Below are positions 63,755-64,000 of a stretch of 64,000 bases of DNA, in pieces. The DNA is taken from NCBI RefSeq assembly GCF_009914755.1, contig NC_060929.1. One strand, 5' to 3'. This DNA is from the human T2T-CHM13v2.0 reference genome, Homo sapiens. The translations under genes were made by a program, and so were the position numbers. Under the pieces are notes generated by a model. That model did no database searches. It was not told the origin of the DNA and saw nothing but the letters and a program-made list of their open reading frames with translations. Numbering within the stretch: position 1 is the stretch's first letter; each line of letters begins with the position of its first letter.

Positions 63755-63950
63755 CACTTGCACAAATACCTCTTTGAAACCTGAGAACCACCCCATGTGG
63801 TAAACAAAGCAGGTATTTACTATCTTTTTCACAGATGAAAGAACTGAGGTGCACACAATTTACATAAATTATCAATAGTCACAGAGATTAAAAATGGTAG
63901 AGCCAGGATTTGAACTCGGGAATTATTATTCTTTATCCTGTCACCTCTCA
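63755..63950 (-). mobile_element. MIR
   Basis: ttttcacagatgaaagaactgaggt...agagccaggatttgaactc. Confidence 0.75.
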
Positions 63951-64000
63951 CCTTTATTACCTTGGCATTTAGAGTAGTCACATAAAAGACACTGAATATA

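Overview
AT-rich, repeat-dense primate (most likely human) genomic DNA lying wholly inside the AP3B1 gene (AP-3 adaptor complex subunit beta-1, the Hermansky-Pudlak syndrome type 2 gene), transcribed on the minus strand. I found eight internal coding exons (156, 98, 55, 72, 63, 133, 110 and 177 bp; probably exons 8-15, about aa 263-550). All have GT-AG boundaries and splice into one continuous open frame. The rest is intron, containing about 25 Alus, one near full-length L1PA, several older L1 relics, MLT1 and LTR33 LTRs, MIR and L2 fragments, DNA transposon relics (Tigger-like, MER58, MER5, MADE1) and microsatellites. Nearly all ORFs in the supplied track are Alu, L1 or low-complexity artefacts. 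I see no convincing new multi-gene system. The best leads are candidate poison or cryptic exons, a (UG)21-tailed antisense Alu beside exon 12, an FFAT-like motif in exon 8, a 419-bp polypyrimidine tract inside an L1, a CTCF-like motif, and several template-switch or palindrome scars. Exon numbering and repeat subfamily names come from recall and were not checked against a database. Boundaries of old repeats are approximate.
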